A stretch of DNA of 64,000 nucleotides from Candidatus Multivoradales bacterium (GCA_965223855.1 CBDCXM010000009.1:1536001-1600000); one strand, 5' to 3'. Shown: positions 36,514 to 47,277, numbered from the stretch's first letter. The notes: generated by a model from the sequence alone, not told the origin. Numbers and translations: made by a program.

Positions 36514-37293
36514 CTACAGAGCTCGGGCGATGCGGATCCTGTTCCTGAGATCATCAAGTTCCAGGGATGCGTCCTTGGCGGCGGGAGCTTCCGACCCGAC
36601 ACCGGTGTGGCCGTCGTTCTGAATCGAGCCGATCACTTGTTCGACGGCGCCTAGTTGCTCGTCTTTGGACTTCTTGCGTTCCTCGTAGTCCTTCTTGATG
36701 CCGAGCGCGCCGGTGTATCCAGTCCAACCAGCACCCACGATGATGGCTTGGAGAAGGTCTCTTGCGAGAGCAGAAGCAAAGAAGGCGCCCAGAACCGCAT
36801 AGAAGAACGCGGCGACAGTGAACAAGCGCCAGCGCTCTCGATTGAGACTCTTTTCTAGCCTCGCCACCGCGGTGTTGAGCGCCTCGACCTCATCGGCGGC
36901 CGCTCCTGGCTTCGCCACAGCGAGCAGGCGCTGGTAGAGCAACTCGAGCCGCGCCCCACCGGCGTCGAGCCGAGCCTGTGCCGCGATGCCGGGAACGTTG
37001 CCGCCTATCAGCGAGAAGAGGGTGATCAGAGCACCCACCAATCCCAGTGCGGCATAGAAGCCCCCCTCGTGCCAACGAATCTCGTCGCCCTCGATCCAGT
37101 GAAAGAGAACGGTTCGGTTCTCAGAAGAGTCGGCCTTGTTGTCGTCGCTGAGTTGTTTCTCTTCCTCCGGTTCTTGCTGGGTAGTCACCAGAGGGGAGGC
37201 CTCCGGCGACGCTTCCGTCTGTGCAGTGACTTGTCCGGTTTGGGTGGCCACGAGGAAGACAACGGCCGCCAGGCATCGATACATGTTTGTCAT
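36514..37293 (-). CDS. Hypothetical membrane protein (signal peptide plus ~3 TM)
   Basis: AAGGAG SD; hydrophobic segments; within the protease operon. Confidence 0.7.
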   Translation of the reverse strand: MTNMYRCLAAVVFLVATQTGQVTAQTEASPEASPLVTTQQEPEEEKQLSDDNKADSSENRTVLFHWIEGDEIRWHEGGFYAALGLVGALITLFSLIGGNVPGIAAQARLDAGGARLELLYQRLLAVAKPGAAADEVEALNTAVARLEKSLNRERWRLFTVAAFFYAVLGAFFASALARDLLQAIIVGAGWTGYTGALGIKKDYEERKKSKDEQLGAVEQVIGSIQNDGHTGVGSEAPAAKDASLELDDLRNRIRIARAL

Positions 37294-37319
37294 CTCTCAA
37301 TCTCCTTCTTGGGGCCTGC

Positions 37320-38201
37320 CTATGGTTGGCTCGCGGCGGTGTTCCATGACTTGAGGTTCGACACGACGCGATTGTTGATGCGGACCGCTTGGTTCAAACC
37401 GCCGAGGCCCCCGGCGTGGATACCGACGACCTGCCTAGAGTTGCCGTCCTTTCTCCACAGAGGCCCGCCGCTTTGCCCCTTGTTCGTGTCCAAGGTGTAG
37501 CCCAGAGAGTTCGGCCGCAGGGTGGAGATGCGCCTCGCGTGCCACCACAACGTCCACTCGGGCTTGTCGTGGGGGTAGCCAGCCAGGTTGACGGAAGCTG
37601 ACTGGAGCTGAGCATCGGTGACTGTGCCGAACCCGAACCAGCCCAAAGAATGTCCGGGGGCCGACCCACCTGTGATGAGGATCGCTCCGTAGTCGAGTTC
37701 CGGATCTCGGTCACGCGTCCAACCCGCAACGCTTCTGAAGGTCCGTGCAGTGAGAGTCTCTTGAGCTTGACGATCTCCGCTCCGACCGGGCATGACGGCG
37801 ATACTTCTGGCCCACCCGCCATCGCGATGCGAGTAGACGCAGTGGCCAGCGGTCACGACCAGGCGTGGCCCGGCCAGCCAACCGGTGCCGATCTGGGTGG
37901 GGCCGGTCGGAAAGTCGATCTCCAGCGCGCAGATTGCTCGCCAAGGGTAGGCGCTGGTCGAACGGATCTCCTGTCGATCATCGCGGCCGAACACGGTCTT
38001 TGGCGTGATTGCTCGCGTTGAGTGGGCCAGCCGAACCCCGGCATCCAGCGCTCGACCGAGAAACTGCCGGAACTGGTCGGCCGGGCGATCGAACTCGATC
38101 ACGCTGCGATCGGCGGGCTCAATCTCGAGTCCGTTGGGTCCTGTGCTCGTATGGAGGTCTCGGCCTTGGCCGCTACTTCCGAGCCGGTAGCTGTGTTTCA
38201 C
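37320..38201 (-). CDS. V8-like / glutamyl endopeptidase (trypsin-like S1) protease
   Basis: VFGRDDR, YPWRAIC, VTAGHC, DYG, GYP, GQSGGP. Confidence 0.9.
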   Translation of the reverse strand: MKHSYRLGSSGQGRDLHTSTGPNGLEIEPADRSVIEFDRPADQFRQFLGRALDAGVRLAHSTRAITPKTVFGRDDRQEIRSTSAYPWRAICALEIDFPTGPTQIGTGWLAGPRLVVTAGHCVYSHRDGGWARSIAVMPGRSGDRQAQETLTARTFRSVAGWTRDRDPELDYGAILITGGSAPGHSLGWFGFGTVTDAQLQSASVNLAGYPHDKPEWTLWWHARRISTLRPNSLGYTLDTNKGQSGGPLWRKDGNSRQVVGIHAGGLGGLNQAVRINNRVVSNLKSWNTAASQP

Positions 38202-39403
38202 GAGGTGCTGCCCACGCTCGGGTCCTCGCAGCCGGCCTTTCCGCTCGAAGCGTCGTCGCAGGGTGACGGCTCGGTGGCAGCATCTTCGGCCTCCTCAGAG
38301 TCTTGACCGGTACTACCTTCGTTTCCTGCCTCAGAACCCTCCGTGTCGCCGTTCCCCGAGTCTGATCCGATCGTCTCGTTCTTGTCGGCAGAAGTGGATG
38401 AGGTTGAGGCCGTAGTGACCTCGGCCTTCTTGAACGGGTTGCTCGAGAAGCGGAACCCGATTCCTACAATGGCGTTGAGAGCGAAGGTCTCGTCGACGAG
38501 CTGGTCTGGAGTCAAGCTCTCCATCAGAGCCTGGCCCTCTTCGTAGATCCCCTTGAGCCGGGTCTGCTCGTGCCCGGCGGCACCCACGAAGAGGCTGACG
38601 TTGTCGCCGACGATCCACGAGAGGCCGGCGAATACGAGCCTCTTGTCGAGGTCTGCCCCGAGTCCGGCCGTGAAGTGCGGTCGCCCGGTTCGCTCGTTGA
38701 GATCTGCTGCCGAGGGAATGTAGCTGAACGCGATAGTCGGCTCGAAGTCGGCCCCTCCGCGATCCGCCTGTCGCGCGATCGTCAGGCCAGTGTCCTCGCT
38801 GCCCTTGGTGAAGTACCGCTCGTCTTCATCGGGAAGAAAGGAGAAGCCGTAGTGACTGAGCCACAGCCTGCTCTGTCCGCTCGAGAAGACGTACGTCCAG
38901 CTTCGCCCCTCCAGACCGAGACGCCGGATCTCGAGCTCGACTCGTTGCCCTTGCTCGAGACGGACCGATCCATCGAGCGCGACCTCGGTTCGAGACTTGA
39001 AGGAGTTGATCCGGGTGGTACAGCTCTCGTTCGGGCTCTGAGTGAGAGCCGTTGTCAACGCCGCACGCATCGCAGACTCTGAGTTGCCGCTGCCTGCCTT
39101 GGCAAGTGCGTCGAGAATGGACTTGCAGGCGGCGTCCAGCGTCTTGCTCTTCTTCAGTGCTGCGGTCTCGCGCTCGAAGGAGTCGAGAGAGAGCGGCCGC
39201 AAGAGACCGAACTTCTTCAGATCGAACTCGTACCGTCCGCCAGGCAGCCGGTTGGTGATCTTGAAAGTCAGTTCGCTCCCGCTGTCGACGAGGAAGGTGC
39301 GGCTGCCGTCGGCGAGATCTAGAACGTACTCCGTGGCAGCTCCCGGCGAAGCCAGTGCGGCTCCCAACACCAGGACTGCCAATCCCAATCGCTTCGTTGC
39401 CAT
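38198..39403 (-). CDS. Hypothetical secreted protein (possible beta-barrel C-terminal half)
   Basis: GGAGG SD, signal peptide, alternating aromatic strands, acidic tail; GTGA overlap with the V8 gene. Confidence 0.7.
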   Translation of the reverse strand: MATKRLGLAVLVLGAALASPGAATEYVLDLADGSRTFLVDSGSELTFKITNRLPGGRYEFDLKKFGLLRPLSLDSFERETAALKKSKTLDAACKSILDALAKAGSGNSESAMRAALTTALTQSPNESCTTRINSFKSRTEVALDGSVRLEQGQRVELEIRRLGLEGRSWTYVFSSGQSRLWLSHYGFSFLPDEDERYFTKGSEDTGLTIARQADRGGADFEPTIAFSYIPSAADLNERTGRPHFTAGLGADLDKRLVFAGLSWIVGDNVSLFVGAAGHEQTRLKGIYEEGQALMESLTPDQLVDETFALNAIVGIGFRFSSNPFKKAEVTTASTSSTSADKNETIGSDSGNGDTEGSEAGNEGSTGQDSEEAEDAATEPSPCDDASSGKAGCEDPSVGSTS

Positions 39404-39502
39404 CTCCAGGTACCTCCGTAAGTTCCGGGCCCGCTTGGGCCCTGGGTTCGGAGGTACTGACGGACCCGGAGTGGCGCTCTACGAAGGTAGGCGCAGAATC
39501 GA

Positions 39503-40354
39503 CTAGTGGCGGTTGATCAGTTGATCAGTGGCGACGGGAGCCTCGTCATCGCTCTCGAGCGCCTCCAGAAGAACTACGAGTTCCTCAGAGTCCGTGCCGG
39601 AAAGGTCGAGAGTACTGAGGAGCTGCCGCCCAGACTTCGCAAGTCCTCTTCGTCGGCCATGGTCGGTGGAGTTGGAGAGCCGCACCGCCTCCGCCCATTT
39701 TCCGAGCGCGTAACTCCCAGGATCGAGAGTCTCTGCCATCTCGATGTCAGCGGCGACTGCGAGCTCCTGGGCCCGCGCGAGGGAGGGGTTCTCTTCGAGA
39801 CTACGACCGATCTCTCCGTACATGAGGACGAGGGCCTGCGATAGCTCAATGCCTCGCAGCATCCTCGTGATCTGGTCGAGGGTCCGCTCGGCCTCATCGA
39901 TCGCTCGGCTCTGCAGTGCCACCTCCAGGTCGAGAACCCTCACTCCTAGACGGAAGGAGAGATCCTGGAACGACCGGTTGGAGATCGAGCCCATGTTCTC
40001 CGACCAGCCCTGGTCGCTCCACTCCGGATCGGCATCCGGGGCCACTTGAATGCCCTCAGCCAGAAACGAAGCAGCGGTGGTCGGCGATGCCTTGAGCACG
40101 AGCAGCCACGCCCCGGTCGCGGCCAGCGCGGCCAGGGCAGCGGCAGCGAGCCACCTTCCTGCCGAGGACCAACCGTTCTGGCGTGCGCCCCTCGGCTCCT
40201 CCTGAAGCGATGCCATTGCTTCCACAAGAGCTTCGTATGCGGAGGGGTCGGACTCGAGCTGCTCGACGATTCGCGCACGCTCTTCCGCATCGCCGGCTCC
40301 CTCAGCGAAAGCTGCGATGTCCTGCGGGGTCAGGCCACTTGGAAAGCTGCTCAT
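39503..40354 (-). CDS. Putative anti-sigma factor (degenerate zf-HC2-like N-terminus plus TM)
   Basis: LTPQDIAAFAEG...ERARIVEQL, then WLAAAA TM; downstream of the ECF sigma. Confidence 0.7.
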   Translation of the reverse strand: MSSFPSGLTPQDIAAFAEGAGDAEERARIVEQLESDPSAYEALVEAMASLQEEPRGARQNGWSSAGRWLAAAALAALAATGAWLLVLKASPTTAASFLAEGIQVAPDADPEWSDQGWSENMGSISNRSFQDLSFRLGVRVLDLEVALQSRAIDEAERTLDQITRMLRGIELSQALVLMYGEIGRSLEENPSLARAQELAVAADIEMAETLDPGSYALGKWAEAVRLSNSTDHGRRRGLAKSGRQLLSTLDLSGTDSEELVVLLEALESDDEAPVATDQLINRH

Positions 40355-40415
40355 GGGGAAGGCTCCAGCCTGGCGGCTAGTGAGTTGACAGCCCTGTGCA
40401 CTCGATAGACGGACA

Positions 40416-41219
40416 CTATCCGGGAGTCTCCGGCGTGGGTGAGAAGAAGTCCAGCCCGGTCGTGTCGTTGTTCTCGAGAAACTCGCGGAGTTGGACCGTG
40501 CCGAGCCCCGAGGCTTCGAGCTTTCGCCGGAGCACCCGCTTGAGACGGTCCACCAGCGTGTAGACACTCCGCTGCTCGACACCGAGCATCTGGGCGATCT
40601 GCACGAGGCTGATGCCTTCCTCAAAGTGCAGCCGAAGCACCAACCTCTCCTGAGCTTGGAGCTCTGCCATCGCTTCCTGCACGGGGTTCTGGAGGCCTGA
40701 GGTGACGGCTGCCCGCCGGACTCGCTCGTCCGTCTGTGTGGGGGCGGGAACGGACTTGAGAGAGGCCTCTCCTTCCAGAACTGTTCTGGGTCTTCGAGGG
40801 AGCTCTGCCGCGAGAGCCTCCAGCTCGGCCGGACCGACCTGAGGGCACTCTCGCTTCGCGATCTCGATCGCTTCCGGCCAGGTCAGCCCGTCCCTGTTGA
40901 CGAGGCGCTCCATGACAACGGCGGCACTGCCTCGTCTGCGCGCCCTGGCAGAAGGACGCCACTTTCCCCATTTCTGGGTCCGGTAGTCCTGGAACTCCCT
41001 GTGGAAGACCACAGCGAGGAACGTGCGGAGGCTGCTCCGCTCCTCGAACTTCTCCAGGATCGCGTAGCCACTCTCCACGAGGCGAAGCATCAGCCAGGAA
41101 CGGAAGTCTTCGGCCTCGTCTTCGAGAACCCCCTTTCGCCGGCTCGTGAAGTCGATCACCTCCTGGATGAGCTCGAGGTTCTCGAGGAACATCGCCTCGA
41201 GCTTTGGGTTCGGTGCCAA
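40416..41219 (-). CDS. ECF-type RNA polymerase sigma factor
   Basis: EAEDF, FEERSSLRTFL, GKWRPS, ERLVLRLHF.EG.SL.QIAQML region 4 HTH. Confidence 0.88.
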   Translation of the reverse strand: MAPNPKLEAMFLENLELIQEVIDFTSRRKGVLEDEAEDFRSWLMLRLVESGYAILEKFEERSSLRTFLAVVFHREFQDYRTQKWGKWRPSARARRRGSAAVVMERLVNRDGLTWPEAIEIAKRECPQVGPAELEALAAELPRRPRTVLEGEASLKSVPAPTQTDERVRRAAVTSGLQNPVQEAMAELQAQERLVLRLHFEEGISLVQIAQMLGVEQRSVYTLVDRLKRVLRRKLEASGLGTVQLREFLENNDTTGLDFFSPTPETPG

Positions 41220-41330
41220 GTTGCCTCGTAGAAGTCCGGTCAGGGTCCGTCAATGGACACAGAGTGAGAAGGGCAATCGATTCGAGAGTTGCGGAATGTG
41301 CCTGAGGTCGATTTTTCCAAATAGACTACC

Positions 41331-44300
41331 GTGAAGGTGAAGGGCCTAGTAGTTGGACATGCGAGAGGCTCCAGACTCGTATCTGTACGAGTGCTGGCGG
41401 TGGCGGTTGCACTGCTTGTCTCGATGGCATCGTGCTCGCGGACTTCGCGCGACAGCGGTCTCCCGCCCGAGCTCGAAGACCTGTTGGCTGAGTACCGACC
41501 CTTCTCAGTAAGGCTTTCGCATTCGCCTTTCGTTGAGTGTCTTGGGCGGCACGATCCCATCTGCGCCGGCGGCGCTCCAGAGAGGGCGTTGCCTTCTCTG
41601 TTGCGCGCGCGGAAGGCAGTTCTCCAAACCGAGGGCGCAGCCGGCCTGTACCAACGCGCCCTTTGGGCGCTGCTGGCCTCTCGGGGACAAGAACTGGACG
41701 AAGCAGTCCAGCTCTTCCGCTCGGCCCTTCGTGGCCATCGCACTGCAGACAGGCTGACGGACCTTGCCGCTGCGATCTTCGTCAGGGCCAAGCTCAACGA
41801 GAGGCCGCACGAGCTACTCCTGGCGCTTGACTACTTGGACGAGGCTTTGGAGTTGGATCCGAGTCTCCGGGCAGCGCGACACAACCGAGTTCTGGTGCTC
41901 GACAGCCTGCGCCTGGCAACCTGGACGGGAGAAGAACGAGATCGCTACTTCGAGGTCGAAACGTCGGACGGCTGGAGAGCGGAGGTGGCGGCTCTTGATG
42001 TAGGAGTTCCGTCCGGTTACCCGCCAAGAGGTGGTCGCTTGGAGCTCGAGCGAAGAATCGGCGAATGGGCAGTTGGGGCGCGCGACGCCGGTCGAAGCGA
42101 GCTGGGCGGCGAGTTCGGGAGGCTTCTTGAGGCCGCAAGAGACCTCTATCAGGAACTCGGCGACCGGCTCTACCTCGATAGTCTTGGCGTTCTCTCTGGC
42201 GCACGGCAGGAGGAGCGAGATCGACTCGTACGGGCGCACGCGGCGTTGTTTGAGGCGCGCGGCGGTAGGGAGTACTCGAGCTGCGACCAATCGCTCGACA
42301 AGGCACGGGCCCTCTTCGCCGGAACCGGTTCTCCCTACATCTCTTGGACTGGGATCGACCTGGCGATCTGCGCGTTCTTCCGCCGAGATTTCCAGGCGGC
42401 TAGAGAAGAACTGGATCGGGTTGCGAACCTTGTTGGAGATGAGCCGCATCTTGCGTTGAAAGGACGATCGCTTTGGATCAAGGGCCTAGTTGAGACACAG
42501 GAGGGACGCTTCCACCAGTGTCGGCGCGACTACGAGCGAGCCAAGCTGGCCTTTGGGGCGCTGGGGGAGGTCGGGAGGGTCTCCTATCTAAGCTCGCTCG
42601 AAGCCGAGTGCTTGGATCTTGCCGGCGAGACTGAGAAGGCCTGGATAGCCAGGCTCAGGGCCCTTGGCGGCCTCGACGCGATCTCTAGTGCGGAGCGCAG
42701 GTTCACGGTCATCGAAGAGGCTGTAGAGGCGATGGAGCTCCAGGGAAGAAACGAGGTCGCACTGGGGTATCTCGAAGACCAGATTGCGGTAGTCGAGCAA
42801 TCTCCTCACGGGGCTCCCAGAGACCCACTGGTCTTCTCGCGCCTGGACGAAGGTCGCATCCACTGGATGGAGGGGCGCAGACTTGCAGCGCAGCGAGCCT
42901 GGCAGAAGGCCAGGGCTGCCTGGAAAGAGCTAGCCCAGACCAACGAGAACCGAAAGCGACTTGGGCTTGATCTAGCAGTGACCGAAGCGGTCCTGGGGCG
43001 TGATGCCAGCCAGTCACAGCTCTCGCCGGCGTTGGAGTTCCTCATTAAAGGCAGCAGCGATTCGGGCGATCTCGTAGAAGCCACTCGGTATCGACTTCTC
43101 TTCTCTCAAGCGAGGCTCGCCGAAGCCAACTTCGCGGAGGCTACAGTGGTCCTCTCTGCAGCGGAACAGAACCTCCGCAACAGCATTGTTGCGCCGGAGT
43201 CTGGTTCTTTCGAACTGGGAAAGCAGTACTTGGAGGTGGTTGAGCTGCTCGCTCTGGCTCATCGGTCAAGGGGCGACCTTCAACAGGCCTACTTCTGGGT
43301 GGACAGAGCCGCTAGCGTCCGCGCCGGAGATAGCGGGCCATGGAAGAGCGCTGACCATCTCTACCGAGAGTTGGCAGCGCTAGATCGAGTTTCGGTACTG
43401 CACTATGTGCAGGCGGGCACTTCAATCCAGAGGTGGCTCATTGAGACTTCAGGGACGATATCAGTGGAAACGCTCAGCCAGACCTATGGGCAGGTTGCCT
43501 CCCTGGCGGACGAACTCAGGCAAGCTGCGGCCGGCCGGGAGCGTCAACTGACTGACCTGGGGCACGTGCTCTTGCCGCGAGAGGGATGGGAAGGGAGCGA
43601 CCGAGTGCTCATTGTCGCAACCGGTCCTCTCAAGACTGTGAACTTCGGAGAGTTGCCCGCGTTTGGAGGGGATCTGCCTCTAAGCCCTACGAGTGGCTAT
43701 TCCGTCATTTCCAGTCTAAGCATCGCCCTAAGGGCGCGCCTCGCGTACCGAGATCGTCCTCAGGCGGGCGGGGATATGGTCGTTCTCGCGCCGACTGGGA
43801 CCGGTCGCCTCTTTCCTTCGCTCCCTGCTTTGACGTCGTCGTCGAACGCAGTAGAAGCCCTAATCGCATCGCTGCCGCGAGGACAAGTCCTCACTGGTCG
43901 ACGGGCGTCCAAGGAGTCAGTACTTGACGCGTTCTCTAAAGCCACTCTTGCGCATCTAGCGGTCCACACAGTTCCAGGCGGAGAGGGCAGGAGCGGAACC
44001 GCTTTGTTGCTCTCAGGCGATAGTCATGCGACCGCCCTTCTGGATGAACAGGCGCTTGGCGGCCTGGAGAAGCTGCCTGAGACTCTCGTGCTGGCCGGCT
44101 GTTCGACAGGGGCGCCCCTCGCCGAGAGCAGCAACAGCGTGGGTCTCGCGCTGGCCTTTCTCGGCGCGGGGGTACCAGAGGTGATCGCGAGCTTGGGAGA
44201 TGTGACCGAGCGCCAAAGCCACTGGTTCTTCGCGGAGGTCTTCGCGGGCCGCGGTCACGACGGAAGCCTGTTTCGAGCCTTCGGAAGGGCAGTGGCAAGA

Positions 44301-44378
44301 AGCAGGCGCGGTCCGTCGCTACTGGAGGCTGCTGCGAGCTATCAGTTCTATGGCATCCCGCGGGATTGGGTGCTGTGA
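41331..44378 (+). CDS. CHAT domain (caspase-HetF) protein with TPR-like repeats
   Basis: N-terminal lipoprotein-like signal; helical repeats; AHLAVH and LVLAGCST motifs; LAFLGAGV..VIASL..V. Confidence 0.85.
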   Translation: MKVKGLVVGHARGSRLVSVRVLAVAVALLVSMASCSRTSRDSGLPPELEDLLAEYRPFSVRLSHSPFVECLGRHDPICAGGAPERALPSLLRARKAVLQTEGAAGLYQRALWALLASRGQELDEAVQLFRSALRGHRTADRLTDLAAAIFVRAKLNERPHELLLALDYLDEALELDPSLRAARHNRVLVLDSLRLATWTGEERDRYFEVETSDGWRAEVAALDVGVPSGYPPRGGRLELERRIGEWAVGARDAGRSELGGEFGRLLEAARDLYQELGDRLYLDSLGVLSGARQEERDRLVRAHAALFEARGGREYSSCDQSLDKARALFAGTGSPYISWTGIDLAICAFFRRDFQAAREELDRVANLVGDEPHLALKGRSLWIKGLVETQEGRFHQCRRDYERAKLAFGALGEVGRVSYLSSLEAECLDLAGETEKAWIARLRALGGLDAISSAERRFTVIEEAVEAMELQGRNEVALGYLEDQIAVVEQSPHGAPRDPLVFSRLDEGRIHWMEGRRLAAQRAWQKARAAWKELAQTNENRKRLGLDLAVTEAVLGRDASQSQLSPALEFLIKGSSDSGDLVEATRYRLLFSQARLAEANFAEATVVLSAAEQNLRNSIVAPESGSFELGKQYLEVVELLALAHRSRGDLQQAYFWVDRAASVRAGDSGPWKSADHLYRELAALDRVSVLHYVQAGTSIQRWLIETSGTISVETLSQTYGQVASLADELRQAAAGRERQLTDLGHVLLPREGWEGSDRVLIVATGPLKTVNFGELPAFGGDLPLSPTSGYSVISSLSIALRARLAYRDRPQAGGDMVVLAPTGTGRLFPSLPALTSSSNAVEALIASLPRGQVLTGRRASKESVLDAFSKATLAHLAVHTVPGGEGRSGTALLLSGDSHATALLDEQALGGLEKLPETLVLAGCSTGAPLAESSNSVGLALAFLGAGVPEVIASLGDVTERQSHWFFAEVFAGRGHDGSLFRAFGRAVARSRRGPSLLEAAASYQFYGIPRDWVL

Positions 44379-44458
44379 TGGGTGCAATCGGTAAGTGCAG
44401 GCTGCTCGGGTCTCTGCAGGCACGGTCAACAATAGATGAAGTTAGAAGCTAGAAAGGA

Positions 44459-45463
44459 GTGGTAATGCGGGCGTTGCTAACAGCTCTACTAGTCGCTTTT
44501 CTCGGGCACGAGGTGGCCTTCTCTCAGACGCCGAAGGCCGCTACGGGTGTCTTTGACATCAGTCTGTCTGGGCTGATGGCATTCGTTCAGAACAACCGGA
44601 CCGCGACAAGCTCGGTTTGGGCCCTGCTCCCTAGGGCAGACCCCTCCGCCGAGTTGCCACCGGTTTACTTTCCGCCAGCTAGCGAGTACCCAATCCACTA
44701 CCCGGTCATTCGTGTAGAGAACGCTCTGGTGAACGGTAAGCAGAAGGTCGACAGCCTGATAATACCGATTGGGGGTATGGACGTGAGCTTCTCTGCCGAT
44801 TCTTCAAAAAAGGGCGACGTAGAGATACCGAAGAAGCCTAGGTTGCTGAGCGATGAGGTTTTCAGGGATCTCAGGCCCGACCCGTCACCGACCGTCGAAG
44901 GCAAGTATTCCGAGTATGCACGTGCCGTATCCTACAGAACGCATAGCTCGCAGTTCGAAGTCGACGAAGGCCTTCTTGGTGTGCTGCCTTTGGCAAGTGC
45001 TAAGCGACTCGTTGCGCGAGTCCTAATGGACAGCGGGAGTTTGAGCTTCTCGCAATCGGGTGCGCCGATGTATGCATACGTAAAAGGTGACAAGACAGGG
45101 GCTGTCACTGAGAGAGAGCACCTCGCTGACCTGGCGAGCCTGAAACTCAAGGGGAGCGTACTCACGATTACACTTACCTCTTTGGTGGAGGCTTCGCCAA
45201 GAACATGGGAGTTCACCGTTGAGGCGATCCCCAATCAGCCCGCGCCTGGCATCGAGCTTCTTCATCAGGTGGGGCCAGGGCTCACCAAGGTCCTAAAGCC
45301 TAGACCAGCCAGGGAGCACTTCAGGGACCTTCTCTGGGCTTACTGGCTGTCGCACGACGCGGATTCCAGCAAACCGAACTGGCATATCTACAACGTGTAC
45401 GCGTCCGACGGTACAACTGGTGGCAGCCGGTGCCCATTCCTGAGGTTTCAGGATCTGAACTAG
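44459..45463 (+). CDS. Hypothetical secreted protein downstream of CHAT
   Basis: AAGGAG SD; signal peptide; SGLMAFV, HYP, C-terminal GSRCP. Confidence 0.7.
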   Translation: MVMRALLTALLVAFLGHEVAFSQTPKAATGVFDISLSGLMAFVQNNRTATSSVWALLPRADPSAELPPVYFPPASEYPIHYPVIRVENALVNGKQKVDSLIIPIGGMDVSFSADSSKKGDVEIPKKPRLLSDEVFRDLRPDPSPTVEGKYSEYARAVSYRTHSSQFEVDEGLLGVLPLASAKRLVARVLMDSGSLSFSQSGAPMYAYVKGDKTGAVTEREHLADLASLKLKGSVLTITLTSLVEASPRTWEFTVEAIPNQPAPGIELLHQVGPGLTKVLKPRPAREHFRDLLWAYWLSHDADSSKPNWHIYNVYASDGTTGGSRCPFLRFQDLN

Positions 45464-47202
45464 TGAGGAAGCTCCTCGCGCCCCTTGTGGCCCTGAGTGC
45501 TCTCCTAGCGGGAGCTCTATGGTTCTCCGGGTGGACAAGCCGGTCGGTTTCGGTAGCACTCTCAACTGATGGCGTACCGCCACATGGGGAGCACCGTGAG
45601 ACTCTCCGGAGGCGGATGGGCTCCACGTTCCTTAGCCGGGACCTTCCAGATGATCTGCGAGTCGTTCGGGGAAGGAGAATCGATCTTCATCTGCCGCACG
45701 TAGGGCTTTGGGATGCCCGAGAGTACTTTCGTCAGGGTGGGGCTGAAGGAGAGAGGGATGCTGTGGAGATTCGCGGTGTCGAGAACTACTCGGTGCTGGT
45801 TCATGTGGCGCACGGTTTGGCGGGCGAGAGCCCAGGTGAGGAAGAACTCTACGCGAGGAGAGAACTCCCGGTCGGTCTGAGTGAGGTATCCCTAGGCGAC
45901 TTCTCGACTCGATATGCCTTTCTGCTGGCATGTGAGGTCCTAGCTCACGGCCCGGATGAAAACAGCCGCTCACCTCCAGCGAGCTACTCACGGCCCGGGG
46001 GCTTCTGCGCTGGGGCACAGTGTTCGGGCCACCGGAGCGCTTTCGACACTTGGCTCCGGTCAGGGCAAGGTGGGTTTCGCAGCTTTGGCCCCCACCTGCG
46101 ACTGGTGTGCGGAGGTTCGTCAAAGATCGCTGTTACCGAGGCCAAGGTGATGGAATTCGCTGACGCTATCTCTAGCGCACGCCGGACCATGGCAGATGCG
46201 TTTATTCTGGCATTCTCAGAGCGAGGAGGGAACCTACCGTTGGTACCAGCGTGTCTTGCTTTCGGAGGGGCATCAGTACGGGGTAGCGCTCTCTTTGATG
46301 TCGTTCCCCGGTTGGGGCGGCGCCGTATTGAGCCGGCCTCAAGGCGAGCTGCCTACTTGGAGTACCCGGTCTTCGTGGGAGGGGAGGAAGTAAACAGTTG
46401 TTCGCCTGTGGGGGGGTATCCGGTTCTAGAAGTAGGCGCAGCTCGACCCGCAGCCGGCCTTGTCGATGAGATGCCGCAACGTCTCCAACGGAGACTCAGA
46501 AAGCCCGTCGCCGGAGTTCTTGACGAGGTGGCGGAAGGGCTGCGACTGGAGTTTGAGAGTAGGACTGGGTTCGTTCGATTGAGTTCAGATCGGTGGAGTC
46601 CCAATGGCACTGGCGCCAGTCAGGCAAGTGCCGGACCTTCTGATTGGCATTTTCTTGACTCAGTTGAGATTCCGGGCCGATCGTCAAAGAACGAAGGAAG
46701 AACGGAGCTTTGGATCCAAGCTGCCTCGATTGGCGCGCATGGAGAAGTTGAGAGCGTAAGTCATTGGAGAAAGGGTTCTAGGTTCGAGAGGCGCTTCTTC
46801 GTGGAGGTACCCGGAGAAGATTGCTTGGTGCCAGTGATAGGGCCAGGTGGCAAGGCCGAGTTGTTCGCGAGAGAGTCCGGGGGGCTGTTCGACTATCAGC
46901 TTGTCGCACGAGAGGTGAAGGGGGAACTGGATGAGACTGTGGTGCTTAGTGCCCCGCCCCTGGTTGCTGCCCAAGAGGAGCTTCGCAGGCGAGGTAAAGC
47001 AGCGGCTGTTCACCACGAGTCTGAGTGGGGGTACTACGAGTTCGGGGCCGGTTGCGACCAGAGCGAGATGAGAATTGGGTATCGGTTCAAGTTCTGGCTT
47101 GAAGACCCAGGCGCTCCAGTAGAGATAGTAGATCTAGTCTGTAGGTCAGACGGCGACGTGGGAGCGGGCGCAATATGCGAGCCGCCTACATGCGAAGAGT
47201 GA
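45463..47202 (+). CDS. Hypothetical membrane-anchored protein
   Basis: Long ORF; GTG overlapping the previous stop; N-terminal TM. Confidence 0.6.
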   Translation: MRKLLAPLVALSALLAGALWFSGWTSRSVSVALSTDGVPPHGEHRETLRRRMGSTFLSRDLPDDLRVVRGRRIDLHLPHVGLWDAREYFRQGGAEGERDAVEIRGVENYSVLVHVAHGLAGESPGEEELYARRELPVGLSEVSLGDFSTRYAFLLACEVLAHGPDENSRSPPASYSRPGGFCAGAQCSGHRSAFDTWLRSGQGGFRSFGPHLRLVCGGSSKIAVTEAKVMEFADAISSARRTMADAFILAFSERGGNLPLVPACLAFGGASVRGSALFDVVPRLGRRRIEPASRRAAYLEYPVFVGGEEVNSCSPVGGYPVLEVGAARPAAGLVDEMPQRLQRRLRKPVAGVLDEVAEGLRLEFESRTGFVRLSSDRWSPNGTGASQASAGPSDWHFLDSVEIPGRSSKNEGRTELWIQAASIGAHGEVESVSHWRKGSRFERRFFVEVPGEDCLVPVIGPGGKAELFARESGGLFDYQLVAREVKGELDETVVLSAPPLVAAQEELRRRGKAAAVHHESEWGYYEFGAGCDQSEMRIGYRFKFWLEDPGAPVEIVDLVCRSDGDVGAGAICEPPTCEE

Positions 47203-47277
47203 GCCCTCCTTTCTTGGGGTGTCACCTGTGTCGAAGGGTCCTCTTCCGTCTCTCTGTCAAGAGAGGTGTGGGCTGAG

